The notes: generated from the letters alone by a model not told the origin. 64,000 bases of DNA from an uncultured Bacteroidales bacterium (GCA_903885595.1 CAISJJ010000129.1:424-64423); one strand, 5' to 3'; shown: positions 47,004 through 57,588, counted from the first letter of the stretch. Translations and numbers: made by a program.

Positions 47004-47717
47004 TTAACGTTCAAAATTTGATTCCGAAACGGTCAGCCGGTAACCTACATTGTGTATGTTCTCAATTTTTATTTTTGGATCGGAAAACAGGATCTTACGC
47101 AGTCGTGAAATAAATACATCAAGGCTGCGGCTTGAAAAAAAATGGTCATTTCCCCAAACCTTCATGAGTAATACTTCCCGTTTGAGGATGGTGTTTGGAT
47201 TTCCTGCAAGAATTTGTAAAAGTTCAGATTCCTTGTGGGTCAAGGTGATCCGTTGTTCGCCTTCAATTAATTGCTGGTTTATTTGATCGAACATGAATTT
47301 TCCGATCGGGTTGATGTCTGACTTCCTTATTCCTGGCTGAAAAATACGTGTACGTTTTAAAAAGACCTCGATTTTTAATACCAGTTCCTCTATGCTATAT
47401 GGTTTGGTGATATAGTCATCTGCACCAAGCTGCAATCCATGAATTTTATCTTCCTTTGTCGACTTGGCAGTGAGGAAGATTATGGGAATATGATCATTTG
47501 TTTCCCTGATCCTTCGTGCAAGGGTAAACCCATCCATTTTTGGAAGCATCACATCCAGGATACACAGATCATAGGGGCGGGTACCCAGTTTTTCCAGGGC
47601 GGTCATACCATCCATGCAATGGTCTACTTCATATCCCCTGAGTTCCAGATTGTCACGGGTGACAAAGGAAAGTGTTTCATCATCCTCAACATATAGCAGC
47701 ATAGCTTTTTCTTTCAT
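47004..47717 (-). CDS. OmpR-family response regulator
   Basis: VEDD, ILDVMLPKMDG, GADDYITKPY and RSLDVFISRLRK motifs. Confidence 0.96.
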   Translation of the reverse strand: MKEKAMLLYVEDDETLSFVTRDNLELRGYEVDHCMDGMTALEKLGTRPYDLCILDVMLPKMDGFTLARRIRETNDHIPIIFLTAKSTKEDKIHGLQLGADDYITKPYSIEELVLKIEVFLKRTRIFQPGIRKSDINPIGKFMFDQINQQLIEGEQRITLTHKESELLQILAGNPNTILKREVLLMKVWGNDHFFSSRSLDVFISRLRKILFSDPKIKIENIHNVGYRLTVSESNFER

Positions 47718-47718
47718 T

Positions 47719-48993
47719 TTAAAGATTCTTTTTCAGAGGGATGTCAATCCTGAATGTCGACCCTTTTCCCATTTCACTGTGCAACCGGATCTTCCAGCCA
47801 TGAGCCCGGCAGATATTTTTTACATAGTAAAGACCAAGGCCAAAACCCTTAACATCATGAACATTCCCGGAGGGTACCCGGAAAAATTTCTCAAAAACCT
47901 GTTTCTGATACCTGGTACTGATTCCCGGGCCATCGTCGCGCACCATCATGACTGCCTGTTTATTTTCCATTGTTGTGATCAGGGTGATGTGTGATCTTTC
48001 CCCCGAATACTTTACCGCATTGTCCAGGAGGTTAAACAGGATATTGGTAAGGTGAAGTACATCGGCATCAACACGAACAAGGGAGGGATCAAGCGATGTT
48101 CCAATACGAATGCCATCGGGGGTATTTGCGGTAAATGTTTCCGCAACCGTTTCGACCAGGTTGTTCAGGTCCATTGGTTCCTTTTTCAGCTGGATTCCCT
48201 GTTTCTCAATTTTCGCTACCTGAAGTACTTTCTCAACTTGCTGGATCAGGCGGTTATTCTCCTGTTTAATGACCGAAGCATAGGTCATCAGTCTGTCCGG
48301 ATCACCTGCAATTCCTGGTTGAGATATCACATCGGCTGAAATATTGATGCTTGACAGGGGCGTTTTGAATTCGTGGGTCATCGTATTGATAAAGTCCTTC
48401 TGCATTTCAGAGTACCTTTTCTGGCTAAGGATTACAAACAGGGCATACACGAAAAAGATAACAGAAAGGAGGAGAATCGAACTGAAAAAAAACCAGATGA
48501 CCATATCGCCGGCAAGGGTATTTCTAAAGGCCGGAAATCTTATCCCGAAATAGTAGATGTAGCGGTCGTATTTGGGAAGGGAAGATGATAGTGTAGCAGA
48601 TTTCCCTGATCCATCGGCTGAAATATAATTCCCATAAACCATCTTATCGGTATGGCAGTCATAAATGGCATATTCATAATCAGTATGGAGGTTCAGTTTG
48701 GCGAACTCAGTCTTAAGGTAATATTCCAGGATATTTGCGTCGATCACACTGTTGACATCCACCACAAAATAGTTGGAAGTGATCTGTTTTACCGGATTTT
48801 CATGGGGTAAGGTTGATTGGTTAAAGAAACAAATTCTTTCTGCAACTTTTTGAAGGCCGATCACCACTGTTTGATGAAACTGTTTTTCCCTTATATCCCA
48901 GGCCTGCAGCAGGAAATAGATTTGAATGACAATAATCCCGATGATGGAAATTGCGCCTAACAATACAACCCACCGAACCTGTTTATGCCTCAT
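47719..48993 (-). CDS. Sensor histidine kinase
   Basis: Two TM helices; H box MTHEFKTPLSSI, NLLDNAVKY, DDGPGI and GFGLGL motifs; start is 48993 or 49026. Confidence 0.95.
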   Translation of the reverse strand: MRHKQVRWVVLLGAISIIGIIVIQIYFLLQAWDIREKQFHQTVVIGLQKVAERICFFNQSTLPHENPVKQITSNYFVVDVNSVIDANILEYYLKTEFAKLNLHTDYEYAIYDCHTDKMVYGNYISADGSGKSATLSSSLPKYDRYIYYFGIRFPAFRNTLAGDMVIWFFFSSILLLSVIFFVYALFVILSQKRYSEMQKDFINTMTHEFKTPLSSINISADVISQPGIAGDPDRLMTYASVIKQENNRLIQQVEKVLQVAKIEKQGIQLKKEPMDLNNLVETVAETFTANTPDGIRIGTSLDPSLVRVDADVLHLTNILFNLLDNAVKYSGERSHITLITTMENKQAVMMVRDDGPGISTRYQKQVFEKFFRVPSGNVHDVKGFGLGLYYVKNICRAHGWKIRLHSEMGKGSTFRIDIPLKKNL

Positions 48994-49230
48994 AGGATAT
49001 TGCTCATAATGTTTAAACCACCTCATCGGGATATAGCTCCCTGTAAGGTTGGTAAAAATAGGTATATTTCGTAGTCGTGGACCTGGTTTTACATTTCGTT
49101 AACACAGTTTTACATTCTGTTATAACATTTTTACGTTTCATTAACTTGATTCTCTTAAAGAAGAGAGATCTTTGCGTCTTCAAATACGATTCAAATTTAT
49201 AGATAATCATTAACCATAAAATCTACTACC

Positions 49231-49674
49231 ATGAAAAAAATGATCTTCGTGCTTTTAATGCCTGCTGTATTCATTTTATCACAAGCAAGTGCACAAAACC
49301 AACCTGCGCAGAATGCTGCGAAAACCGAGACCAAAGCAAAAGTGAATGGGCCTGTTGCCCGGTGGGACATTACAGAAAATCAAATGGGAGATATTCCTCA
49401 GGGTATTCCGCGAGCAGCTCAATTTATCCTGACCAACGATGGAAACGAACCGCTGATTATCTCAACTGCTCAGGCTTCATGTGGGTGTACAAACCTGAAT
49501 TATTCTAAAGAACCCCTGATGCCGGGAAAATCGACTACAATTTCTGCTACTTACAATGCTGCTGCGAAAGGGAATTTTTCAAAAACAGTCACAGTCAGAA
49601 CCAATGCGAGCGACCAGCCGACAATCCTCTGGATTAAAGGGAACGTGGTTGAGAAAGCAGCGGAACAGAAATAA
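49231..49674 (+). CDS. DUF1573 domain exported protein
   Basis: Signal peptide; NDGNEPLII...SCGCT...PLMPGKS...FSKTVTVRTN motifs. Confidence 0.9.
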   Translation: MKKMIFVLLMPAVFILSQASAQNQPAQNAAKTETKAKVNGPVARWDITENQMGDIPQGIPRAAQFILTNDGNEPLIISTAQASCGCTNLNYSKEPLMPGKSTTISATYNAAAKGNFSKTVTVRTNASDQPTILWIKGNVVEKAAEQK

Positions 49675-49903
49675 CAGGTTTCCGGAATTTCCTGATTCCC
49701 ATCAAGCCAAAATAACCAGTCAGAAATATCACAATGCCGGAGATCAACCCGGGGTGTGTAGAAACCATGTTCTTCGCGAGATTGAAGAGCAAATGGAAAA
49801 TACCCTGAAAGGCATGAACAATGGGATTAAACATTTGAGGGAAAGCATTGATGATGACCTGAAAAATGTCGAATGATGCGATGATGTGGGAGAGGGTTTC
49901 CAT
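49634..49903 (-). CDS. Small membrane hypothetical protein
   Basis: 89 aa with an amphipathic N-terminus and one TM helix followed by RKFRK; overlaps the DUF1573 gene end by 41 nt. Confidence 0.45.
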   Translation of the reverse strand: METLSHIIASFDIFQVIINAFPQMFNPIVHAFQGIFHLLFNLAKNMVSTHPGLISGIVIFLTGYFGLMGIRKFRKPVISVPLLSQPRSL

Positions 49904-50028
49904 GGGTTAAGAATTTCTGTCAAAATTAATGCGGCGGGGGCCTCTTGAGAATTCTTTTTCGATGAATCGCCGAAAAAAGGGGGATGAATGGCCAATACTG
50001 CATGACAGATTCTTAATTCTCATTATTG

Positions 50029-50077
50029 ATGCCGGAATTTCCTGATCAAAGGAATCCGGCATTATCTTTTATCTTTG
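50029..50077 (+). promoter_or_regulatory. Hairpin plus -7 box upstream of alkaline phosphatase
   Basis: ATGCCGGA..TTCCT-loop-AGGAA TCCGGCAT stem (50029-50062) followed by TATCTTTG at 50070-50077. Confidence 0.55.
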
Positions 50078-50104
50078 CACGTAGTATCATCAACTCTTTT
50101 CTCT

Positions 50105-51535
50105 ATGAAACGCCTGAATCGGTTTCTTCTGCTAGTTTCACTGATGCTTTGTTATGCTCCCGGTAATCATCTTTCCGCACAAAAAAGAAAGGGCATTCCA
50201 AATCCAAAAAGCATTATTTTTCTTATTGGAGACGGGATGGGGTATAATCATATCAAAGCCACTAATTATTACCTGGGAATTGCCCAGCAGGTTTATGAAC
50301 ATTTTCCTGTACAATTTGCTGTAGCTCACTACCCTGCCAAGGTAGGCGAGTACAAAGCCAATAATCCCGGTTCAAATTATTTTTCATCAGGATACAATCC
50401 GCATTTGGCCTGGAAAGACACTGCCTATGTGAAGAAAGATTATACGGAGTCTGCAGCTGCAGCCACGGCTTTGTCAACCGGAATAAAAACATATAATAAT
50501 TCAATCGGAATGTCCCTCGATGGCGATTCCCTGGTAAACCTGGTGCAATGGGCCAAGCGCATCGGCAAATCAGCAGGAGTTGTTACTTCGGTGCCGTTCA
50601 GCCATGCCACGCCAGCTGGTTTCGTTGCTCATAATGCGACCCGCACTCAATACGCTGAGATTGCAAGGGAGATGCTCCTCGACAGCCGCTGCGATGTCAT
50701 TATGGGATGCGGAGACCCGATGTATGACGAAGATGGTCTTTTTCAGGACAAGAAGTGGAAAAATTCAAAATATGTCGGGGATAGTGTTTTCTGGCAGGAG
50801 TTTATAGCCGGCTCCGGGAAGCAGATAAAATTCAAGGTGAACGGTGCAACAAGAATCGTTGGGGATATCAATAACGATGGCAGACCTGATCCCTGGACAG
50901 TTATCCGAAGTGTGGATGAGTTCAGAGCACTTCAACATGGAAAAACCCCTGCAAGAGTATTGGGGTGTGCAAAAGTTTATTCTACCCTTCAACAGGGGCG
51001 AACGATGAAAAACGGGGAAACGAAAGATTCACCCCCTTTTGTCACCCCTTTTCTCGAAACTGTTCCAACACTGGCCAACATGGTAAGTGGTGCCTTGAAT
51101 GTACTTGACAACAATTCCAAGGGTTTTTTTATAATGATCGAGGGCGGGGCAACAGACTGGGCTTCACATTCCAACCAGAAAGGCCGCCTTATTGAAGAAA
51201 TGACAGATTTTAATGAAGCCATTCAGGTTGTGGTAACTTGGGTAAATACCCATAGCAGTTGGGATGAAACGCTTGTGATTGTCACCGGCGATCATGAAAC
51301 CGGTTTTTTGTGGGGAGGAGATCCATTCATATCCGTTAAAGATCAAGGAAAACACAACCTCCCTTTGATGAAATATAATTCAACAGATCATACCAATTCA
51401 CTGCTTCCCTTCTTTGCCAAAGGATCGGGCAGCGAACTATACCGGAATTGGGCCGATGAATGTGATAGTGTGCGGGGGCCTTTCATTCAGAATTCGGAGA
51501 TCGCGCAACTGATCCATCTGCTTTGGGGAGAATGA
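50105..51535 (+). CDS. Alkaline phosphatase (PhoA family)
   Basis: IFLIGDGMG, TESAAAATA (catalytic Ser), HATPA, MIEGGATDWASH and TGDHETG motifs; signal peptide. Confidence 0.93.
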   Translation: MKRLNRFLLLVSLMLCYAPGNHLSAQKRKGIPNPKSIIFLIGDGMGYNHIKATNYYLGIAQQVYEHFPVQFAVAHYPAKVGEYKANNPGSNYFSSGYNPHLAWKDTAYVKKDYTESAAAATALSTGIKTYNNSIGMSLDGDSLVNLVQWAKRIGKSAGVVTSVPFSHATPAGFVAHNATRTQYAEIAREMLLDSRCDVIMGCGDPMYDEDGLFQDKKWKNSKYVGDSVFWQEFIAGSGKQIKFKVNGATRIVGDINNDGRPDPWTVIRSVDEFRALQHGKTPARVLGCAKVYSTLQQGRTMKNGETKDSPPFVTPFLETVPTLANMVSGALNVLDNNSKGFFIMIEGGATDWASHSNQKGRLIEEMTDFNEAIQVVVTWVNTHSSWDETLVIVTGDHETGFLWGGDPFISVKDQGKHNLPLMKYNSTDHTNSLLPFFAKGSGSELYRNWADECDSVRGPFIQNSEIAQLIHLLWGE

Positions 51536-51587
51536 TTTCAGTTACTGTCTGACCTGCAGTGTTCGCCTTGTGAAGGGCGGATTGGCT

Positions 51588-52274
51588 TTATTCGCCGAAT
51601 TTTCGTTCAATTTTCGCAAAATTCTCCAGTACTTTGGTTAAATCTGCAGTTGTAAAATCGTTAAATAGTTTATCGAAAAAGAAAAGCCGGGCATAGCCCG
51701 ACTGAAGGGGAAGGAAATTGCTCAGCAATTGGGCATTCCCAGTTCTGATAACGATATCGACCGGGGTGTTTATCCACAGATGGTTATAAAAGTATTCCGG
51801 ATTATCCGATTTTTTAACAGCATCAAGAATTTCTTCGAGTGGATCATAAGCCAGCAAAAGATTTAACTGTCCACGGCTGTTTTGCGATGTTGATTGTTCC
51901 ATCGCGATTACGACAGAAAGCAATGAAGATGGGATGATCAGCCGGTTTCCTGCAATAACAACCTTGAGATCATTCAGATTGGCAATGTCGGTGATCTCAT
52001 TTGAAAAGGCTGATTCGATCAGCTTAACATACACAGCCAGGTCAGCTGGTTCTCTCCGGAAGTTTTGTATGCTTGAGAGATAGATGCTGATCACCCGCAC
52101 TCCTTTTTCAAGTAAAAGACCAACCATGGCCTCCAGGATTGATCTGGTTTTTTTATATGCTTCCTCAAGGGTGCAGCCATGGGCATGAGCCCAGCGCCTT
52201 CCGCCATCAGGAATTATTCCTACATGTGTAGGAACGGAGCCGTGTGAGGGATGGAAGTCGAAGGTTTTCTTCAT
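51588..52274 (-). CDS. Divergent cis-prenyltransferase (UppS fold)
   Basis: HVGIIPDGGRRWA, SIQNFRR, RTGNAQLLSNFL and C-terminal RKFG motifs. Confidence 0.85.
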   Translation of the reverse strand: MKKTFDFHPSHGSVPTHVGIIPDGGRRWAHAHGCTLEEAYKKTRSILEAMVGLLLEKGVRVISIYLSSIQNFRREPADLAVYVKLIESAFSNEITDIANLNDLKVVIAGNRLIIPSSLLSVVIAMEQSTSQNSRGQLNLLLAYDPLEEILDAVKKSDNPEYFYNHLWINTPVDIVIRTGNAQLLSNFLPLQSGYARLFFFDKLFNDFTTADLTKVLENFAKIERKFGE

Positions 52275-53275
52275 GCGCCAGGTTTTTTATATGTTATCCG
52301 TTTGGATAACTCCATAAAGGGTTGTTCAATGAATTTAAAAAACAACCAGGCAGAAAAAAGTGATATGATAAGTGCAATGAAGACAAAGAGACTGCGTATC
52401 CATTCGTTTTGAACAAAGGTTTCGCAGAGATTGATAATTCTTCCCCCGATTGGAATGTGAACAAGGTAAAGTGAATAAGAAATATTTCCCAGGAACCTTG
52501 AAACCTTGTCATGAAACTCAAAATAGGTGATAAAAAAATAGGGTAGGAGCGCAGCCACAAGATAACGGTTATCGAATTTTGAATATATCAGCAGCAAAGT
52601 GATCAGGAAAAATGATCCAAACTGTTTTTTATTCAGGTAGCCTATGTAAAACTGGAACAACAGAATGCCTGCAATAAACAGGAATGCATAGTTGAAAATA
52701 TAATTGTGGCTTGAGAGCATGAAACTTGAAAAACCAAAAATCATCAGAGTGCCAAATGAGTATTTCTTTTCGGAATGGATCAGCAAAGGAAAAACCAGTG
52801 CTATAAGGATATAGTATTGAAATTCAATAGCCAATGTCCAGTAAACATCGTTGACCCATGGAAAGTTGAAAAAAGCATTTAAATATCCCAAATGAAGGGC
52901 GAGTGCTTCGAAGTTTACTGAGAATGCTGCACCCCGGTAATATGGAGATAAGGTACTGATCCAGTTCAGCAGAAGCACCAGCGCAATGCTTACCAGGTAT
53001 GGCGGTTCAATACGGACCAGGCGTTTGGTCAAAAACCTGCCAAAGTTTTTAATTTGGTAATTGCCGCGAAACATTGCATAAGGAATAACAAATCCTGAAA
53101 GCACAAAAAAAACATCCACTCCCAGGAAACCAAATCTGCCTGAGATATAAAGAATGTTGGTTTTACTTAGAAAATCGGGGTTGCCGTGTGTGAAATGAAA
53201 ATAACACACAGCAACAGCTGCCAGTCCCCTGAGCAGATCAAGGGACGTTAAATACCCCAGTTTACTGGTTTTCAT
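52271..53275 (-). CDS. Acyltransferase-3 (OafA-like) membrane O-acyltransferase
   Basis: LDLLRGLAA, GVDVFFVLSGF, WTLAIEFQYY and ISYSLYLVH motifs. Confidence 0.93.
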   Translation of the reverse strand: MKTSKLGYLTSLDLLRGLAAVAVCYFHFTHGNPDFLSKTNILYISGRFGFLGVDVFFVLSGFVIPYAMFRGNYQIKNFGRFLTKRLVRIEPPYLVSIALVLLLNWISTLSPYYRGAAFSVNFEALALHLGYLNAFFNFPWVNDVYWTLAIEFQYYILIALVFPLLIHSEKKYSFGTLMIFGFSSFMLSSHNYIFNYAFLFIAGILLFQFYIGYLNKKQFGSFFLITLLLIYSKFDNRYLVAALLPYFFITYFEFHDKVSRFLGNISYSLYLVHIPIGGRIINLCETFVQNEWIRSLFVFIALIISLFSAWLFFKFIEQPFMELSKRITYKKPGA

Positions 53276-53284
53276 AAGCGAAGT

Positions 53285-54130
53285 CTATTGAATTGTTTCT
53301 TGCTGAATCGAACTAAAAATTTTTTTAGCCCGGAGAATATTGGTTTTAAAAAGATATTCTCCCTGGGATGATAAAGAAGCATTGAACTGATATCCTGAAA
53401 TATTAATCCGGAAATCGGTTTTATTGATTACCGCGTTCATCATTGATTGTACTTCGGGTGATGGATTGTATTTAAAAATAGTTGATAATAATCCAATAAT
53501 TTCAGGGATTTTTGTATTTAAGGGTTCATTTACTGGGTAGAGAGCAGGAATTCTTACAAATCCGGTTTGTTTTCCAGCCAGGGTATGCTGTACCAGCATA
53601 TCGTAAACAATCCCAAAACGAGATGTTGCGGTGAAATCTGTTATTGCATCCATTTTCATCGCACGATAACCGCATGCGACATCTGGCAACTTGATATTCA
53701 GAAATTTTCTAAAGAGCATGATAGCAAACAGATTAGAAGCAATTTTACTGGCAGGTACGATGGAGAGATCATGGAAACGGTTACCCGAAACGAGGTCGAA
53801 ATGCTCCAATTCCTTAATAAACAGGGAAATATATTGTGGATCATGCTGGCCATCTGCATCAAGGGATATAATATGGGTGTATTTATGCTGAATTGCGTGA
53901 ACCCTTGCGGTATTAAAGAATCCTGAAAGGCCTTGATTTGATTCCCTTGAAAAACAGGCAAAACCCATCTCCTTTACCACATTTGCAGTTTGGTCGGTGC
54001 TGCCGTCATCGATGACAATGACATCCATTTTCCATTGTTCCAGTAATGGTAGCAGATGTTGAATATTAACCTCCTCGTTGAAGGCTGGTAGTGCGATCAG
54101 TATTTTTTTATTTTTCCCTGGTTCCCTCAT
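53285..54130 (-). CDS. GT2 glycosyltransferase (DPM1/polyprenol-phosphate type)
   Basis: LPAFNEE, VIDDGSTD, SLDADGQHDP and GNRF..DVACGYRA motifs. Confidence 0.88.
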   Translation of the reverse strand: MREPGKNKKILIALPAFNEEVNIQHLLPLLEQWKMDVIVIDDGSTDQTANVVKEMGFACFSRESNQGLSGFFNTARVHAIQHKYTHIISLDADGQHDPQYISLFIKELEHFDLVSGNRFHDLSIVPASKIASNLFAIMLFRKFLNIKLPDVACGYRAMKMDAITDFTATSRFGIVYDMLVQHTLAGKQTGFVRIPALYPVNEPLNTKIPEIIGLLSTIFKYNPSPEVQSMMNAVINKTDFRINISGYQFNASLSSQGEYLFKTNILRAKKIFSSIQQETIQ

Positions 54131-54891
54131 TCAAACAAATATTTTGGGGATTTATAAAAATGTGCAATAGGTCTCATGGTTTTAAAAAAGAGGGTGAAAA
54201 GATTTCCAAAGTTATTTTTTTTCATCGCACGGTAATCTTCCTTCCATTTCATTGAAATATTTTTCATTGTCCGGTTACTGACCCCTCCGACCCGCATCTT
54301 AACCATCACCATGGGAATGTAGGTTGTACTTATTTTATGTTTGACCAGGAGTCGAAGGATGGAATCGTAATCGGCCGAAATTTTAAAAGTCGTATCAAAA
54401 TTTCCGAAACTAATATATAATTTCCGCCTGACATAAAATGTAGGATGTGGCGGCAACCATCCGAATCTGAGCTTTGTCCTGCAAAACTTGCCTGATTTCC
54501 TGTTCGTGAGTATTTTGCGAATGTCGTTCTGATCAACATACTGAATATCCCCATAAACAGAGTCTAACCCGGGATTTGTGAAAAAATCAGCTATGGTTTC
54601 AATCACAGTTTCATTAACAAAAATGTCGTCGGAGTGTAAAAAACCGACGATCTCTCCCGTTGCCATGGCAAGCCCTTTATTCAGTGCATCGTACAAACCT
54701 TTGTCAGGTTCGCTGACCCATTTACTGATTTGTGATCCGAACGATTTGATGATCTCCAGTGTATTATCCTGCGAGTTCCCATCTACAATGATATATTCAA
54801 TCTCAGGATATGTTTGCGACAAAACGGAACGAATGGTGTCCCCAATGAAATGCTCACTGTTGTGACAAATTGTGATTACCGAGACTTTCAT
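54127..54891 (-). CDS. GT2 glycosyltransferase (WcaE-like)
   Basis: EPDKGLYDALNKG, FLHSDD, PPHPTFY and ISADYD motifs. Confidence 0.92.
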   Translation of the reverse strand: MKVSVITICHNSEHFIGDTIRSVLSQTYPEIEYIIVDGNSQDNTLEIIKSFGSQISKWVSEPDKGLYDALNKGLAMATGEIVGFLHSDDIFVNETVIETIADFFTNPGLDSVYGDIQYVDQNDIRKILTNRKSGKFCRTKLRFGWLPPHPTFYVRRKLYISFGNFDTTFKISADYDSILRLLVKHKISTTYIPMVMVKMRVGGVSNRTMKNISMKWKEDYRAMKKNNFGNLFTLFFKTMRPIAHFYKSPKYLFE

Positions 54892-54933
54892 TGTGAATTT
54901 AGCTGGATTAAGTTTTTTTTGTGAATTGCTATC

Positions 54934-56340
54934 TCAATTGCCCGATAAATTATCAGATTGTGCCCTGATAATTTTCCGGCTGCTTTGATTCATTTCCATT
55001 ATCACTTTGGTCAAATAAAAGGCAAGAAAAGTGACCAGTGCTGCCTTGGTAAGATAATTGAAAACAGTCGCGAAATCGGTTTCCGCCTTCATCACCTGGA
55101 AAAACAGCAATGGAATCCAGAGAATCAGGGTGGGGTTGTTTTTTGACAATTCAATTACTTTGACGATCACCCAATTGTATAGCAAAGAAACCAGGAAGAT
55201 AAAAACCATTCCTCCTAATAGCCCAAAATTTGCATATCCTTCTCCTACAAGTGAAATATCCATACTGGTGGTTTCCGGTAAGGGCGTACCGGTAAACCTT
55301 TCGAAATTTGCCCTTCCGCCCGCTTTTATCTTTCCCGGGACCAGAATCCTTGGCACAAGCGCCGCGTAAAGCGCTGTTTCTATGGTTTCACCTCTGACAA
55401 AGGGTTGTTTTTCGGGCATATAATTCATAATACGGGCAATAATCCAACCCTGGTTCAACCTGGCAGCCATATTTCCCATTGATCCCGACTCCCAGAGTAG
55501 CGAGGGGGAGGAGAGTCGCGAGAGGATGATTTCGTTATAGATCTCGGAATTGGTTTTAGTACTGCTGGCATACCAGGTGGCCATGCGGTACTCCTCTTTC
55601 GTTGACTGAACGAGCATGATAAGAAAGAATCCGATTGAAATCATTGCTGCTTTACCCCACATCGGAATGTTTATCACCATGGCAACGATCAGGAATGATA
55701 ACATAAACCATTGTACCAATTCTCCGAACATCCCCTGGAGGATCGCCGCAGAAGTCGCCAGTCCCATGATACCGGCAAAAATGAGCCATTTGAATTTTGA
55801 ATTACTGAAGAGGATCATGTAGATACCGACATACTGGATGTTGGTGACAAGGAACATCAGGAATGTCAGGCTTGACGGCAGGCTTTTTCCTGCGAATCCT
55901 GCGATCAGGCCGATTCCGGCCAGAATGTAACCAACCCAAGGATGTTCAGCAAGGTAAATTTTAAGCCTGTCGATATCCTCATGATTTACGATCCGTTCAT
56001 CTTTCAACGGAAGATAGAGACCTAAAACCATAAAATAACAAACAGGTACAACAAAGTCCATATAAACTGCTTCCGGCTCGGCCATGTAATACAGATCATC
56101 GTAAGGCAGGAAATTATATGCCATAACGGGTCCGACAATCCATTGCATGACCGACATGAAAGAGATCAGGTCGCGGATTTCGATACGTTTCCCAAGATCC
56201 TGAATGAATTTTGTGGCGACTCCTGCAAAAAGTGCAATGCCAATACCTGACATGTAATAAAGACCCGTAAACAGTTCGAGGTATGAGAATACCAGCACAC
56301 CGAGCGCCATTAATCGTATACTGCGGCTTGATAAGTACAT
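54934..56340 (-). CDS. Multi-TM protein, probable Wzy-type polysaccharide polymerase
   Basis: About 10 TM helices, a large late periplasmic loop (ARLNQGW...PRILVPGK) and GEGYANFG; lies inside the GT cluster. Confidence 0.65.
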   Translation of the reverse strand: MYLSSRSIRLMALGVLVFSYLELFTGLYYMSGIGIALFAGVATKFIQDLGKRIEIRDLISFMSVMQWIVGPVMAYNFLPYDDLYYMAEPEAVYMDFVVPVCYFMVLGLYLPLKDERIVNHEDIDRLKIYLAEHPWVGYILAGIGLIAGFAGKSLPSSLTFLMFLVTNIQYVGIYMILFSNSKFKWLIFAGIMGLATSAAILQGMFGELVQWFMLSFLIVAMVINIPMWGKAAMISIGFFLIMLVQSTKEEYRMATWYASSTKTNSEIYNEIILSRLSSPSLLWESGSMGNMAARLNQGWIIARIMNYMPEKQPFVRGETIETALYAALVPRILVPGKIKAGGRANFERFTGTPLPETTSMDISLVGEGYANFGLLGGMVFIFLVSLLYNWVIVKVIELSKNNPTLILWIPLLFFQVMKAETDFATVFNYLTKAALVTFLAFYLTKVIMEMNQSSRKIIRAQSDNLSGN

Positions 56341-56418
56341 CTGCTCTTCTTGTTTGTCTGTCGGGTTTATAAATCCATTCCGGAGGGCAAATCAGGTATT
56401 TCTGAATTGCTGTTAATT

Positions 56419-57588
56419 TTATTTCTGTGTATGTGTGGTTATGTTGATCTCAAAACTCTTGCATATAGATTCGAAGGACCATGAAGCGATTCGTCGTCGG
56501 GAGGCCTCCCCCAATATCCTGGTATATTCCCATGATTTGGTCATTTTTTCAAGTAAGGCAACACATTGATCTGTATCGCCTGAAGCCATAATGTATCCGT
56601 TTTCGCCTGGTTTTACCAGATCGACGGCACATCCCGATTTATCGCTCACAAGAATCGCCTTTCCACATGCCATAGCTTCATTTACCACCAGACCCCAGGT
56701 TTCACCCGGCCCCTGGGAAGGCAATGCCAAAATATCGCCCAGATAATAAACTACAGGCATTTGGCTTTGGTTTTGAAAAGGCAAAAAATGAAATGTATTT
56801 TTCTCTGATGTCAAATCTTTCATTTGTCGTTCCAGCGCTCCATTTCCTACAAAGACATAATGTACCGATGGACTTTGTAATTGTAACCCCGCGCGGATTA
56901 AGAGCAATGGATTTTTTTTCGGTTCGAACTTTCCAACAAATAATACGGCAATGTCATCATTGCCAATTCCGAGTTCAGCCCTCAATTTTTCCGCATCCCG
57001 GCGCATTTCACCGGTTGGATCTCCAAACCGGTGGTTGTCGATGGCATGGGGAGCGAAAAACAAATGATCGTCGTGAAAGCCATGTTTCAGATAATATTGC
57101 CTGTTATTCTCACCCACAAAAAATGCATAATCGGCTTTCCGGTAAACAAATCGAAGAATCATCCTGCGCAACGTCTGTTTCAATCCTCCGGTTTCATCAA
57201 GCAATGTCGAATCACCCCTGAACCATACCGGGACTTTGCCTTTGAAATATTTCATGGCTTGATAATGGGCCTGATAATTCCATCCGTAGACCAGTAAAGC
57301 TTCGGCGCCCCAATCTTTGATCTTTTGGTTTAGTTGGGGACAAACGATCCCTCTGAAAGATCCCGGACCGGGGTTTTTAGAAACATTTTCCACAAACTCA
57401 TAAGGATAACCCTCGAGCAGCGGAATATCCCACTGGATTGTTTTTCCAAAATCCTTATCAAAGAGCGCATCCTTACTTTGGCTCCAGGTATAAAACACTT
57501 TGATGTCAAGCAGTGCCGATTTGGCAAGCAAGGCAAAAAGAGGAGCGTTGTACTGAATAGGGTGTGAACTGATAATGGCAACGTTCAT
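56419..57588 (-). CDS. GT4 glycosyltransferase
   Basis: FVGKFEPKKNP and LPSQGPGETWGLVVNEAMACG motifs. Confidence 0.93.
   Translation of the reverse strand: MNVAIISSHPIQYNAPLFALLAKSALLDIKVFYTWSQSKDALFDKDFGKTIQWDIPLLEGYPYEFVENVSKNPGPGSFRGIVCPQLNQKIKDWGAEALLVYGWNYQAHYQAMKYFKGKVPVWFRGDSTLLDETGGLKQTLRRMILRFVYRKADYAFFVGENNRQYYLKHGFHDDHLFFAPHAIDNHRFGDPTGEMRRDAEKLRAELGIGNDDIAVLFVGKFEPKKNPLLLIRAGLQLQSPSVHYVFVGNGALERQMKDLTSEKNTFHFLPFQNQSQMPVVYYLGDILALPSQGPGETWGLVVNEAMACGKAILVSDKSGCAVDLVKPGENGYIMASGDTDQCVALLEKMTKSWEYTRILGEASRRRIASWSFESICKSFEINITTHTQK

Noticed and set aside
49556-49876. Plus-strand 106-aa ORF
   Set aside because: It overlaps DUF1573 out of frame, has no recognisable features, and the minus-strand ORF looks more protein-like.
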